A stretch of 63,520 nucleotides of DNA, the filler included. It is 3 parts of 3 records of this genome, joined end to end, with 100 filler letters (N's around TTAATTAATTAA, not from the genome) between each part and the next. Parts side by side here need not be neighbours in the genome. Positions count along the whole stretch, not along the records: positions 1 to 16,643 come from SRR20825006_3085; positions 16,744 to 40,802 come from SRR20825006_3088; 1 more part is not named here. One strand, given 5' to 3'. Of this stretch, positions 10,401 through 19,891 are shown one piece after another. A model generated the notes under the pieces. It worked only from the letters and a program-made list of their open reading frames with translations. It ran no database searches and was not told the origin of the DNA. The position numbers and the translations under genes were made by a program. The number at the start of each line of letters is the position of its first letter. Position 1 is the stretch's first letter.

Positions 10401-12664
10401 TCCCAACGCTCCTGCTGCCTGTAGAGGCGCGCGAGCGCGAAGTAAGCGTTGATATCACTGGGCTCGCGCGAGAGCGCGTCCTCGTGCAACCGGACCGCGT
10501 CCTCGACGCGCCCGAGTTGGAACTCGGCGAGCTCCGCGAGGGCGCCGAGTTGACGGACCTGCTCGCGCGTATCCTCGAGCCTGGAGAGCTCCTCGCGCGT
10601 CATCTCACACAGGTCATCCCAACGCCCTGCCCCGGCGAGCAACCTGCCGAGCCCTTCGAGCGCCGGGAGGAAATCAGGGAGCATCTCGAGCGCGCGGCGA
10701 TAGCACTCCTCGGCGCCCTCGAGATCCTCGAGCTTGCGCTCCAGGATTCCAGCGTTGCGAAGATACAGATCCGCGAGCTCCTCGGTGTCCTCGATACGCC
10801 CCATCTCTTGCTCGTTGAGCTCGACGAGTTCACGCCAGCGATGCGCGCGCGCGAACAGACGACCGAGCGCCGAGTAAGCGTTCGGATGCTCCGGTGACAG
10901 CAGCAGGATCTCGCGCCATGCGCCGATGGCGACGTTATCATCCTCGATATGGTGCTCGGCGATCTCTGCGACCTTGTCGAGCATATAGAGGCGCTGCCTC
11001 GTCGAGGTCGTCGTGGACACGCGAGAGAGGAACAGGTCCGCGAGCGCGATCCACTGGCCAGTTTGCTCCATCAGTCGCGCGGTCGCCTTGAGCGCGGGCA
11101 GGAAGTGAGGACGCGAGGCCAACACCTTGAGGTAATGCTCGAGCGCGGCGCGGCTATCGTCGAGGCGCTGCTCGTAGAGGCCCGCCACCTGGAAGTGACG
11201 ACGCCAGACCGAAGGCTCGTCGCGCAGGACATTGATCTCGTGCTCGTAGAGCGCGGCGAGCTGCTCCCAGGAGTGGTTCTTCGAGTAGATGCGACCGAGC
11301 GCGCGCAGGACAGCAGGATCCGTCGGCGCGAGCTGCAACGCTTCGCGGTAAACCTCCGCGGCGGCATCATCGGCGCCAGGGATCTCCTCGTACAACCTGC
11401 CAAGACGCAGCAGGAGCGAGACGCACTCATCATCGCTCGGGGTCACATCGAGGCGAAGGTTCAGGACCTGGATAAGCATCTCTTCGTGAGCTCGGCCAGG
11501 AGCTACGACACCGACACCATCGAACTCCGCGTCCTCGTCCTCTTCGTCGAGGTCTTCGGCGAGCTGTGATTGCTCGGCGGCCTTCTTCTTGACGAGCAAG
11601 CGCTCGAGCGCTTGCTCGTGCAGACGCAACACATGCGCGTCGATGGCCGCCGCGCCTTCGAGCTTCTCGAAGAGCTCGAGCGCGCTCTCGTTCTGATCGC
11701 GAGCGAGTAGCAATCGCGCACGCGCGAGCAAGGCGCCGCGGCTCGACTTCGCGCCAGCCGGGACCTCGAGAAGTTCCCCGAGCGATCCTCGCTCGCACAG
11801 CAGGAACATCCAGGCATCGAGCATCTCTTCAGGCAGGAGCCCCTTGCACGCGAGCAAACCGAGCCGATCGCTCGCCGCGTCCAGGTTACCCGAGAGGTTC
11901 TCGTGAATGGCGCACATGATATGGATCGAAACGGAGACTTCCTCGGGGAGCTCGACGCCATCCTCGAGCAACATCTCGAGCGAGGACATCGCGCCATCGA
12001 GGTCCCCGGTCGAGAGCATCGCGTCGAAGACAAGCTGCGCGCGCCAGAAGGCGGCGAGCGGATCGACGTTATCGAGCCTCTCGAGCGAGGTGAGCAAGGC
12101 GATCTTCTCTGCGGGCGCGTCAGAGAGCCAGGCCAGCGTGGCCTGCTCGAGCGCCTCGAAGGCGGCGAGTGATTCGGGCGCGAGCTGCCTGCCACGAGAG
12201 AGCGAATCTTCCACCAGATCCCAGTCACCGAGCTGGCGCCAGATGCGACGTGCTGCACGCACATGCGCATACGATGACTCGACGGATTCACGCTTCATCG
12301 TGGCGAGCGTGAGCCCGGCGGACTCGAACTCGCCGAGCGCCTCATCGGCCTGCGCGCACGCGAACAATGACGCGGTGACATCGGCCCCATCACGCGAGAG
12401 CAACGACGCGTCGTTCTCCATCGAGCGCTTGAGCGCGCGCACGACATCTCGTCTGGCGGCGATCTCCTCTGGAGGTCTAAACGCAGCCGAGCGACGCATA
12501 TCGATCGGAGAAGTGGGCCCGAAGTCGTGTCGATCCGTCTCCGAGGTCAACGCCAACGCGTCGACATCAGACATATCGGGGCGACGAAACGAGGCGTGCC
12601 TCGTTTTGCGCTCGGACTCATCGATTTTGGGGGTAGAGAGATCTTGAATCGAGAAATCAGCCAT
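7442..12664 (-). CDS. Giant tetratricopeptide-repeat protein (~1740 aa, myxobacterial AgmK-like architecture)
   Basis: Repeated TPR units (e.g. AAEVYREALQLAPTDPAVLRALGRIY; AEECYRRALEMLPDFLPALEGLGRLL). Start taken at MADFS; the ORF is open to 12739. Confidence 0.8.
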   Translation of the reverse strand: MADFSIQDLSTPKIDESERKTRHASFRRPDMSDVDALALTSETDRHDFGPTSPIDMRRSAAFRPPEEIAARRDVVRALKRSMENDASLLSRDGADVTASLFACAQADEALGEFESAGLTLATMKRESVESSYAHVRAARRIWRQLGDWDLVEDSLSRGRQLAPESLAAFEALEQATLAWLSDAPAEKIALLTSLERLDNVDPLAAFWRAQLVFDAMLSTGDLDGAMSSLEMLLEDGVELPEEVSVSIHIMCAIHENLSGNLDAASDRLGLLACKGLLPEEMLDAWMFLLCERGSLGELLEVPAGAKSSRGALLARARLLLARDQNESALELFEKLEGAAAIDAHVLRLHEQALERLLVKKKAAEQSQLAEDLDEEDEDAEFDGVGVVAPGRAHEEMLIQVLNLRLDVTPSDDECVSLLLRLGRLYEEIPGADDAAAEVYREALQLAPTDPAVLRALGRIYSKNHSWEQLAALYEHEINVLRDEPSVWRRHFQVAGLYEQRLDDSRAALEHYLKVLASRPHFLPALKATARLMEQTGQWIALADLFLSRVSTTTSTRQRLYMLDKVAEIAEHHIEDDNVAIGAWREILLLSPEHPNAYSALGRLFARAHRWRELVELNEQEMGRIEDTEELADLYLRNAGILERKLEDLEGAEECYRRALEMLPDFLPALEGLGRLLAGAGRWDDLCEMTREELSRLEDTREQVRQLGALAELAEFQLGRVEDAVRLHEDALSREPSDINAYFALARLYRQQERWDELVALLSSRLDRADSPRQLATLHASLADIYEWHLGRPDAAFNHLRAAICTEPENTHWLDGVARLWSVVGEDPGRLANWLTEIARGAGLEGETRDAFRKVICRLTERAACVPEAAMDLRRAGKKDDVENGIMLRMADGLFGDRQTNALRRVHHPLHNWEVATSMPRHGLQMLPGLALTPVFQALPAAALEWFLDEVELSSIVELDGDLLEQSEHQDRALGIELGALVHKGVRCCHSLAGPETSLARIRFRALEARRFGETEEYEDWTRREINRLEREDIIARRFLELASTREDEAGRRGYLASAATALFPELEQQGEALTIARPDGPVIDDLYDALYADYAWSLLRRCLDVHVHRQQITPIRRAYLWDMLSDMLERYLEDPTAAFHARKACWELTGEADHLIALVRLSEQLGKADEALEFQDKFFRKLWQRADIAPSRCVGAGLKLARMLRARGFEEDHLIAMELLEDLLARFEREVEAVDARLELARVHASHGDPYAAAELFRRTLTPERVRGREDDWREFVRIYRDGVRDAATAYNLQWTLVHALPTSERDLVMLVDLAEESGALDNCAHELSRLADEVGGPGRRALLWHAAMIFDDHLGWFEDASHIYQDLLVGFADEDERVRLTRRLAMSQSRLPKGQTRALELFRELLAIDPFDVATYRGMASLFTDINTYDRARVVTQVQRALGDNIEVEQVRTKTVPSRTLEEAEVMETLLPEGLNPELVEALRTAMPLAQKVWSEALPQRKALENDRRASRELMPIADLFYTVGDAFQLGRLKVWFGDSQPWPVQVLTDGQPLIWLNTETLAAFDEPELRFMAGYTAALATTELAPLLQLDGRSVWHLLEGVYYRQMGKGFSERVDVASQEMAEQTSSPLFAVARRRLLQALEPVAEQLSTAHCEAWSRALEQFAYRVGLVLCGDIEAAARCILKLEGWRGDLHEPGAQKVLRRHDHLRELITFALSEDYLEVRYALGLAGRPSVLGI

Positions 12665-12763
12665 GACGCTTCCATGCTCCGTGTCGGTACCATCCTTGGT
12701 CCCAAAGCTCTTCCCCGGCGTCCTGGTCGAATGCGGCACAATCCTTTGTGCCTGGTCTGTGCC

Positions 12764-13756
12764 TTATCCTTTGGCGACAGACGTGTAGCCGGGCAGCTTA
12801 TAGCGCGACGGATCATAGTCCCAACCTTCGAGGCCGTCATCGAGTCTCTCGAATTTTTCGCGGGACCTTCTCCTTCGCTTTGCCCACGCTACAAGGAAAA
12901 GCAGAGATGCGCCAAAAAATAAGATGGTTCCATCCGCCAAACCCGAAAGTGGTGAGGCGCCATCGGCCAGGCTCTCTCTCCAGATCTTCTCGACGCGCTC
13001 GAAATCATCATTGGTCGTCAGCGTGAACGCGACCGAGAAGGTCTCGCCCTCTCGGATGTGATTCATGATCGAGGCGAAGACATCCTCGCCGTAGCGATCG
13101 GCGAGATAACGCACGAAGTGGTGACTCTGCGCGTAGGCGAGCGATGTGGTCTGCTGGTGATCGGGGAAGGTGCGATCGAGCTTCTTCAATGGAATCAATG
13201 TCCCGGTAGCTGCCGCTCTGGCGACCTCTTCGCCGCGCTCGAGCGTCCACTCGTCGGCCTGGTAGCTCGCGAAACCCTCGTTGAACCACCTGGGCACGTG
13301 ATGCCCCTGGCGCGCGACATCGATGGCGACGTGCGCGAGCTCGTGGTCGAAGGTCTTCTCGATGTCGACGATCTGGCGATTTGGCCCGAGACCATGGCGA
13401 ACCAACACCGTCTTCTTGTCGACGAGTGATAACCCGATCGCCCACTGAGGCGCCCTGGCGGGGATTTGGTTCCAGGTGAAGTAGTCGTCGAGATCCTTGA
13501 TCAGGTAGACATCGATCCCGCTCATGTCCTCCAAGCCGAGGCGATACTCGAGCTTCTGGATCGAGTCGGTGGCCTGGACCTCGAGCTTGTTCGCGGCCTT
13601 CTCGAAGCGCTCGGGGTAGTGCATCATCACCGCCCCCTTGGCGCCAGGTCGCACCACGACATCCTCTGGCGTGGCCGCCATCGCGCCGCCAGGCGCTGCC
13701 ATCGCAAACAGAAGCAGCGCGGCCATCAGCCCATGTATCATTCGCTTCGCCATCAT
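12764..13756 (-). CDS. Exported, membrane-anchored zinc metallopeptidase (peptidase MA/gluzincin-like)
   Basis: Signal peptide, HELAH...PRWFNEGFA, AYAQS, and a C-terminal TM followed by KRRRR. Confidence 0.85.
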   Translation of the reverse strand: MMAKRMIHGLMAALLLFAMAAPGGAMAATPEDVVVRPGAKGAVMMHYPERFEKAANKLEVQATDSIQKLEYRLGLEDMSGIDVYLIKDLDDYFTWNQIPARAPQWAIGLSLVDKKTVLVRHGLGPNRQIVDIEKTFDHELAHVAIDVARQGHHVPRWFNEGFASYQADEWTLERGEEVARAAATGTLIPLKKLDRTFPDHQQTTSLAYAQSHHFVRYLADRYGEDVFASIMNHIREGETFSVAFTLTTNDDFERVEKIWRESLADGASPLSGLADGTILFFGASLLFLVAWAKRRRRSREKFERLDDGLEGWDYDPSRYKLPGYTSVAKG

Positions 13757-14198
13757 CCTGACCTTCTCATCCGAGCGCCCCGCGCAGCCTTCATTGTAAC
13801 TGCACTGGCGAGGTTGACGCAAAGACCTCCAGCGGTCTCTCGCGGTCAGGGCGTAAAACACAAAAGGTGTCATCGCCCTTCCGATCCTCAACTTAACCGC
13901 GTCGAGGATGAAGGCGAATGACACCCTATCATAAAGGCATGAATGAGATTCATACCTGCTTCGATTTCATGAAAACGAAGCCCACAAGTTCGTCGCCAAC
14001 GCAGCACGAAAGATCGAGAGCAAGAGAATGAGAAACCGACGTATAGTTCGCGCCTCTCGTTTGCTAGAGTGATCGAGGCATCGCATGAGCTGTTGCTATA
14101 TATAAGGCGAACTCGCTCCTCCTCGGCAGCCGCTGATCGCGATTCTCGCGGGGCGAGAACAAGGGAAGACAGGAAAAAGCGCGCGCCGTGCTTGAAAC

Positions 14199-14217
14199 TG
14201 TTAGCGCTGCACTTACT
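14199..14217. promoter_or_regulatory. Degenerate copy of the putative Rrf2 operator
   Basis: TGTTAGc-N5-ACTtACt matches 11 of 14 arm positions of the site at 14838 and lies next to a TTGAAA hexamer. Confidence 0.45.
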
Positions 14218-14281
14218 GATTACACCATCCAACGAAAGCACACCTCTCAGGGTGTGAATGATTGTTGGTAAGATGTTCGAC

Positions 14282-14749
14282 ATGAAGACCAGCACAAGAT
14301 TCGCGGTAGCGACCCATATCCTCACGGTCCTGTACGTGCACGAGGACACCCCGGTGCCTTCGAGCAATATCGCACAGAGCGTGAACACCAGCGCGGCGGT
14401 GATCCGTCAGATCCTGATGCGTTTGTCCGAAGCAGGTCTCGTCCGCTCCCAGATGGGACCTGGCGGCGGGAGCCTGCTGGCAAAGGCAGCAGATGAGATC
14501 ACGCTGCTGGATGTGTGGAAAGCCACCGAGGACGAGCAAGTCGTCTGCATGCCCCGCAATGAACCGAGTAGTTCGTGTTGCGTGGGACAGAACATCCTGG
14601 ACGCACTCGGTCAACTCGACCACGACCTGCAGGAAGCCCTGAAGGGGGCGCTGGGGAGCAAGACGCTCGAACAGTTCGGCAGCCAGGTGGTCAAGACCTG
14701 CGACCAGGAACCACCGATCGAAGTGGCGGGCTTGAACGCACCAGAATAA
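14282..14749 (+). CDS. Rrf2-family transcriptional regulator (YwnA/HypR-like)
   Basis: STRFAVATHIL, SSNIAQSVNT, GPGGGSLLAK, ITLLDVWKA and P..SCCVGQNI motifs. Confidence 0.9.
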   Translation: MKTSTRFAVATHILTVLYVHEDTPVPSSNIAQSVNTSAAVIRQILMRLSEAGLVRSQMGPGGGSLLAKAADEITLLDVWKATEDEQVVCMPRNEPSSSCCVGQNILDALGQLDHDLQEALKGALGSKTLEQFGSQVVKTCDQEPPIEVAGLNAPE

Positions 14750-14837
14750 GCCCACCTCGTCACCCTTTCGGGGGACCTGAAACCTGACGACAGGACCGAC
14801 CTCCATGGGGGAGGTTTGTCCATACGTCGCCAAAATA

Positions 14838-14856
14838 TGTTAGTATGAAACTAACA
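14838..14856. promoter_or_regulatory. Putative Rrf2 operator TGTTAGT-N5-ACTAACA
   Basis: Perfect 7-bp-arm palindrome in an AT-rich patch 25 nt upstream of the SDR ATG. Confidence 0.65.
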
Positions 14857-14881
14857 CTAACACAGTTTATGGAGTGAGATC

Positions 14882-15628
14882 ATGACAAATGACAACCAGA
14901 CACCATCCTACGTGCTCATCACAGGCGGAAACTCGGGGATCGGCTTTGCAACCGCGAAACGCTTTATCGAACAAGGGAAACACGTGATCATCACTGGGCG
15001 TCGCCAGAACGCGCTCGATGGCGCGGTCGCAGAACTCGGCGAGCGCGCCGTCGGCATCCTGTCCGACGCCGGAGATCTCGAAGCCGTCCACCGACTGTTC
15101 CATACAGAGATCCCCAAAATCACTGACAGACTCGACAGCATCTTCTTCAACGCAGGCATCGCCAAGTTTGCCCCCATCTCCGACTTCACCGAGCAGACCT
15201 TCGACGATCTGATCGACGTCAACCTGAAGGGTCCATTCTTTGGACTTCAGGCAGCGCTCGGCTTACTCGGCGAGGGATCGAGCGTGGTCTTCAACACATC
15301 CATCGTGCAGCAGAAAGGGATGTTTGGATCGAGCATCTACTCGGCCACCAAGGCCAGCCTGAGAGCCGTCATTCGTGCGGCCGCTACCGAACTCTCTGCG
15401 CAGGGCATCCGCGTCAACGCCATCAGCCCCGGACCTATCGAGACCCCGATCCTCGGCAAGCTCGATATGACCGAGGATGACGTGAACGGTCTGGCGCAAG
15501 GCATCCCGTTGGGGCGCGTCGGTCGCGCGGATGAAGTCGCCCAGGCGGTCGTCTTCCTCGCGGGCAATGGCGCGAGCTTTGTGAACGGCACAGAGCTCGA
15601 CGTGGACGGCGGCATGGCTCAGGTCTAG
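14882..15628 (+). CDS. Short-chain dehydrogenase/reductase
   Basis: TGGNSGIG, NAG, YSATK and NAISPGPIETP motifs. Confidence 0.95.
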   Translation: MTNDNQTPSYVLITGGNSGIGFATAKRFIEQGKHVIITGRRQNALDGAVAELGERAVGILSDAGDLEAVHRLFHTEIPKITDRLDSIFFNAGIAKFAPISDFTEQTFDDLIDVNLKGPFFGLQAALGLLGEGSSVVFNTSIVQQKGMFGSSIYSATKASLRAVIRAAATELSAQGIRVNAISPGPIETPILGKLDMTEDDVNGLAQGIPLGRVGRADEVAQAVVFLAGNGASFVNGTELDVDGGMAQV

Positions 15629-15652
15629 TGCGGAACTCCCAGCAGACTCCAC

Positions 15653-15696
15653 GAGCGAACGCCTCGAGACCTCTCTCGGGGCGTTCGCTCCTCTTC
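15653..15696 (+). terminator. 17-bp hairpin after the SDR gene
   Basis: gagcgaacgcctcgaga-cctc-tctcggggcgttcgctc followed by a weak pyrimidine tract. Confidence 0.6.
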
Positions 15697-15755
15697 GATG
15701 ATAAGAAACCGGACGTGACTGGCATCGCGCAGCAAACTGAGAGCTGATCACAGAG

Positions 15756-15781
15756 AAAAAAAGCACGCCAGGATGGCGTGC
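15756..15781 (-). terminator. Rho-independent terminator of the DivIVA gene
   Basis: gcacgcca/tggcgtgc stem followed by T7 on the minus strand. Confidence 0.7.
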
Positions 15782-15808
15782 CGAAAGTGCGGTGCGAGAA
15801 GCTCGGGT

Positions 15809-16510
15809 TTAGCCGGAGTGCTCTTGCGGGACGAGCCCAGTCAGGGTCGAGGAGTTCGCGCGATCCATGACCACCGTGGGGCGGCTCCCCTCGTCGATCT
15901 CGTAGGCGGCGTGCACTCCCTCGAAGTCATCCTCGTCGTCGTAATCCTCATCGTAATCGTCCGCGGCCATGGGGGGCGCGGGAGGTTGCGTCCTGGGGCG
16001 ACGATGGATTGTAGGTCCAGTGTTCGACGAGGCATCCTGTGGCGCGGCATCGATCGCTGGCGCAGCGGTGTGCACCTCGTCGAGGAGTCGTTGGTGCGCG
16101 TCGAGGACCTCGCGCAAGTCACCGGCGAGCTTGACGCGCTGGTGCTTCAAGCTCTGGAGCTCGTCGATCATGGCGTCGTATTCGCGATGCGCGTTGGCCA
16201 CGATTTGCTCGGCGCGGTGGGTTGCCTCTTCGAGGATGCGCTCGCTGCGCTCCTGCGCCTTGCTCGAGATCTCATCGGCGACCTCTTTTGCGGTATTCAG
16301 CGCGTCGAGCAAGCTGCGCTCGCGCTTGCGGAACTCGCGAAGTTCTCGCACCTGCCCGTCGACCTCGTCCTGAAGGCGAATGATTTCGCTCGACATGTAA
16401 TCCCACTCGCGCGCCATCCCCTGAAGGAACTCGTGCACTTGTTCGGGATCGTAGCCGCGAAACTTCTTCTCGAAAGACTGATGCAGGATATCTTCTGCGC
16501 TGTACTTCAT
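15809..16510 (-). CDS. DivIVA-domain coiled-coil protein
   Basis: N-terminal DILHQSFEKKFRGYDPEQVHEFL, then a coiled coil and an acidic/Pro-rich tail. Confidence 0.85.
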   Translation of the reverse strand: MKYSAEDILHQSFEKKFRGYDPEQVHEFLQGMAREWDYMSSEIIRLQDEVDGQVRELREFRKRERSLLDALNTAKEVADEISSKAQERSERILEEATHRAEQIVANAHREYDAMIDELQSLKHQRVKLAGDLREVLDAHQRLLDEVHTAAPAIDAAPQDASSNTGPTIHRRPRTQPPAPPMAADDYDEDYDDEDDFEGVHAAYEIDEGSRPTVVMDRANSSTLTGLVPQEHSG

Positions 16511-16643
16511 GCTGCCCTCCATGGCCGCCGATGGTTTTGCAAAAAACGCAGCGCCATGATCCAGCGGCTCGCCAGATGCGTCAATTTTTTGGCATCCCAC
16601 CAGCCATCCGCCCGTGAAAAAGGGGCCGCGTCACTTTGCTGAT

Positions 16644-16743
16644 NNNNNNNNNNNNNNNNNNNNNNNNNNNNNNNNNNNNNNNNNNNNTTAATTAATTAAN
16701 NNNNNNNNNNNNNNNNNNNNNNNNNNNNNNNNNNNNNNNNNNN
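16644..16743. other. Artificial contig-joining spacer
   Basis: N44-TTAATTAATTAA-N44 (stops in all frames). Composition and taxonomy change across it. Confidence 0.98.
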
Positions 16744-18583
16744 CGACCATCATCAGGTCGGCCATCTCGTCGATGACAACAACAATATTCGGAATATGAT
16801 CCGTTGGCAGAGATTCTGTTTCGTAGATTGGCTTGCCGCGCTCATCAAATCCGGTCTGGACCTTGCGGACAAGTTCGTCGCCATTGGCACGGTACTTGGC
16901 GGCCTTGTCATTGAAGCCAGCGAGGTTTCGCACGCCCGCTTTTGACATCAGCTCATAGCGGCCTTCCATCTCGCGGACGGTCCACTGTAGTGCGTTCACG
17001 GCCTTCTTCGGATCCGTCACAACCGGCGCCAGCAGGTGCGGGATACCTTCATAGATCGACAGTTCGAGCATTTTCGGATCGATCATGATGAAACGGCACT
17101 GTTCCGGCGAGTGACGATAGAGCAGGGACAGGATCATCGCGTTGACGCCAACCGACTTACCCGAACCCGTCGTACCCGCGATCAGCAAGTGGGGCATCTT
17201 GGAAAGGTCGACCACGGTTGGCACACCGCCAATGTCTTCGCCGAGCGCCATTGGCAGGCTGGCCCGTGTGCCGACATAGGCTTCGGCCTGAAGCAGCGTG
17301 CGCAGGTAAACCGTGTCACGGTCTTCGTTTGGCAGCTCGATGCCAATCGCATTCTTGCCGGGAACCACCGCCACACGGGCAGAGATCGCGCTCATCGAGC
17401 GGGCAATGTCGTCCGCCAGGGAAATCACACGGGAAGATTTGACGCCCGGAGCTGGTTCCATTTCGAACAGTGTAATGACCGGGCCGGGACGCACTTCCTT
17501 GATGCGGCCGCGTACACCGAATTCCTTCAGAACATCGGTCAGGCGCGCAGCCTTCTCGAGCAGTGCATCTTCGTCCACCGTATCGCCGCGCTCTTCCGGC
17601 ATCTGGAGCAAGTCGATCGAGGGCAGGCGCGTGGACTTGCGGCGGCGGTCCGATTTCGTCACACGGGGTTGGCTTGGCAGTTTCGGCTTGGAGACGGGTA
17701 CGGACAGGCGACGCGTTTGAATCGGCGCGATCCCGTCATCTTCGTCTTCATACAGGTCTTCATCATCAAGTGACGTCTCGTCTTCCTCATCATAGACTTC
17801 GTCTTCGTCATCATAGTCGACATCATAGGAGTCTGCGTCGACATATTCGTCGTCGCCCTTGATGACGCGTGCGCGTCCCGTATCGCGATCTGCGTCCAGC
17901 TCTTCGTCATCCAGATCGCGCGGCTTCGGCTTGAGGAAGGACACAACCGAAACCAGGAACCCACCAATGCCGGTGGCCTGACGTGCTGCATGACGTCCGG
18001 ACTTGGTCGCGGCCTGATGAAGAAGGTGTGCGTCGCGGCGTCGGAAACCCAGTGCCGACAGGGCGGCCCAAGCGGAGGCCGCGCCCAGGACGGCGCCCGC
18101 CCATGTGTTCGGAGATGGCAGCAGCAGCGCGCGGAACGGCATGGAGGCATAATAGAAGAGCGCATCACCCACGACGCCGCCAAGACCCGCCGACAATGGC
18201 CAGCTTTCCGGCACAGGCCAGGCGGCAAAGAAGGCGGCCGACAGTGGAACGAAAGCGAGGCCCGTCATCCAGCGGCGCACGCGCGGCACGCCGATCAGCA
18301 CGGTGCGCATGGCGCCGCCGATCATCATGGCAAGACCCGCTGCCCAGGCAGACCAGCCAAGCATTTGACGGGACAAGTCCGCGAAGATGGCACCAGGGCC
18401 ACTGAACAGATTCTGGACTTCTGCATCTGTGGCGGCGTTCCAGCTCGGATCGCTTGGCATGTAGGACCCTACGCTACCACATATGAAAACGCCTATTCCG
18501 AATGCCGCTGCCCCTGTGAGAATCCGCCAGACCGGGTCGCTGACGCTCGGGATATCGTCTTCGGTATAAACATAGTCTGTCAT
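16744..18583 (-). CDS. ftsK: DNA translocase FtsK (3' end truncated by the contig end)
   Basis: N-terminal TM domain with DPSWNAAT, then PHLLIAGTTGSGKS, MIDPKMLELS and IDEMADLMMV. Confidence 0.96.
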
Positions 18584-18794
18584 GAGGTGGGGCTGCTCCA
18601 CTTGTGTCGCGGGAGCCCTCACTTTGACCCAATACGCTTAACGCCCGGCAAATGCCGGTAAAACTTCTGCAGGAAGGCTGTTAATCTTTTGGACCTCGCG
18701 AAAACGGGCTCAAAACGAGCAAACCGTCGCGATTTGATCTGAATCAGCCAGGCTGATCCCGTATCCGCACGCGTATGTATTCTCCGTAATATAA

Positions 18795-18820
18795 GGAACC
18801 AGAGCCTCCACGGCCTCATT
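18795..18820 (+). promoter_or_regulatory. Putative EcfG/SigT general-stress promoter
   Basis: GGAAC-N17-CATT, compared with the alphaproteobacterial consensus GGAAC-N16/17-CGTT. Lies 35 nt before the fasciclin ATG. Confidence 0.5.
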
Positions 18821-18855
18821 GATTGCGTGAGACCAACACCAAAGGAGAGCTCGAT

Positions 18856-19863
18856 ATGAAACGCACACTGATTATCCCCGCAACCATCGCCCTGTTAACG
18901 AGTATGGCCGCAACCGCGCAGGAACCTAACACAACCGACATGGACGTTAACGCCTCCGCCGAAATGGAAGAAAGTTCTGATGTTCAAAACATTGACGAGC
19001 TGTCGATTGACGAATTGAACGCACTTCAACTGAAGGTTCTGAAAGATCCGGCGGCGTCTGACGCGACCAGCGATGTCCTCTTCACTGTCCAGTCCGATAT
19101 GGATGTACCTGAAGAGACTTCTGCTGAATCCGACGACACAATGGTGATGGCACAGGCTGACACGACCACGAACGCGGAAATGGAGGCTGAGCAGACGACC
19201 GGTGCCACAGAAACATATGATCCCGCTATTACCAATCCGGAACAGACAGACCCGGCAGGCGACACGAAATCCTATGAGTGGGACGAGACGCAATCTGCTG
19301 ACGTGACGACTGATGGCTCCGCTGAAGCAAATATGGACGCTTCGGTAACCGCAGAGACTGATATGGAAGTAGAGCCCGAAATCGGTATGGGCGGCCCGGA
19401 CTATGCGTCAGAGACCGAGGCCATGGCTGATCTCGCCATGAAGGGCACGATTTCCGATATCGCCTCGGAAGATCCTCGCTTCACAACCCTGGTCGCTCTT
19501 GTAGAGCAGGCTGGCCTGACCGGTGAACTGGATAGCGACACCAAATACACAGTGTTTGCGCCGACCAATGCGGCTTTTGAAAAGCTCGACCCTGAGCTGG
19601 TTTCAAAGCTGAAATCCGGTGAAGCAAATGACAAACTGACCGCAATCCTCAAAGCACACGTGGTCGAAGGCGAAACCCTGAGCAGCGATATCGCCAATGG
19701 CGAAATGAATGTCGCTACGCTGGCTGGCTCTGACGTCGCCGTCACGAAGACGGACGACAGCGTGATGATCGACAATGCCACGGTTGTGGCGGCTGATATC
19801 CAGGCTTCCAACGGTGTTATCCACGCCGTCGATACAGTGATCATGCCGGATGATGAGTCCTAA
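18856..19863 (+). CDS. Secreted fasciclin (FAS1) domain protein with a long acidic N-terminal region
   Basis: RBS aaggag, signal peptide, YTVFAPTNAAF and ASNGVIHAVDTVIMP. Confidence 0.9.
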   Translation: MKRTLIIPATIALLTSMAATAQEPNTTDMDVNASAEMEESSDVQNIDELSIDELNALQLKVLKDPAASDATSDVLFTVQSDMDVPEETSAESDDTMVMAQADTTTNAEMEAEQTTGATETYDPAITNPEQTDPAGDTKSYEWDETQSADVTTDGSAEANMDASVTAETDMEVEPEIGMGGPDYASETEAMADLAMKGTISDIASEDPRFTTLVALVEQAGLTGELDSDTKYTVFAPTNAAFEKLDPELVSKLKSGEANDKLTAILKAHVVEGETLSSDIANGEMNVATLAGSDVAVTKTDDSVMIDNATVVAADIQASNGVIHAVDTVIMPDDES

Positions 19864-19891
19864 GGACTGATCCTGCCCCGCAAAGACCAAT

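Noticed and set aside
7538-10897. 1119-aa + strand ORF and many other long opposite-strand ORFs in fragments 1-2
   Set aside because: They are antisense shadows of well-supported GC-rich genes and have no recognisable motifs.
14750-14830. Small hairpins between the Rrf2 and SDR genes as a riboswitch
   Set aside because: Short stems are expected in GC-rich DNA and match no aptamer consensus I know.
16644-16743. TTAATTAATTAA palindrome and the apparent FtsK C-terminus 'LIN'
   Set aside because: Synthetic linker, not biological.
18620-18700. CtrA boxes upstream of ftsK
   Set aside because: Only isolated TTAA half-sites without correct N7 pairing.
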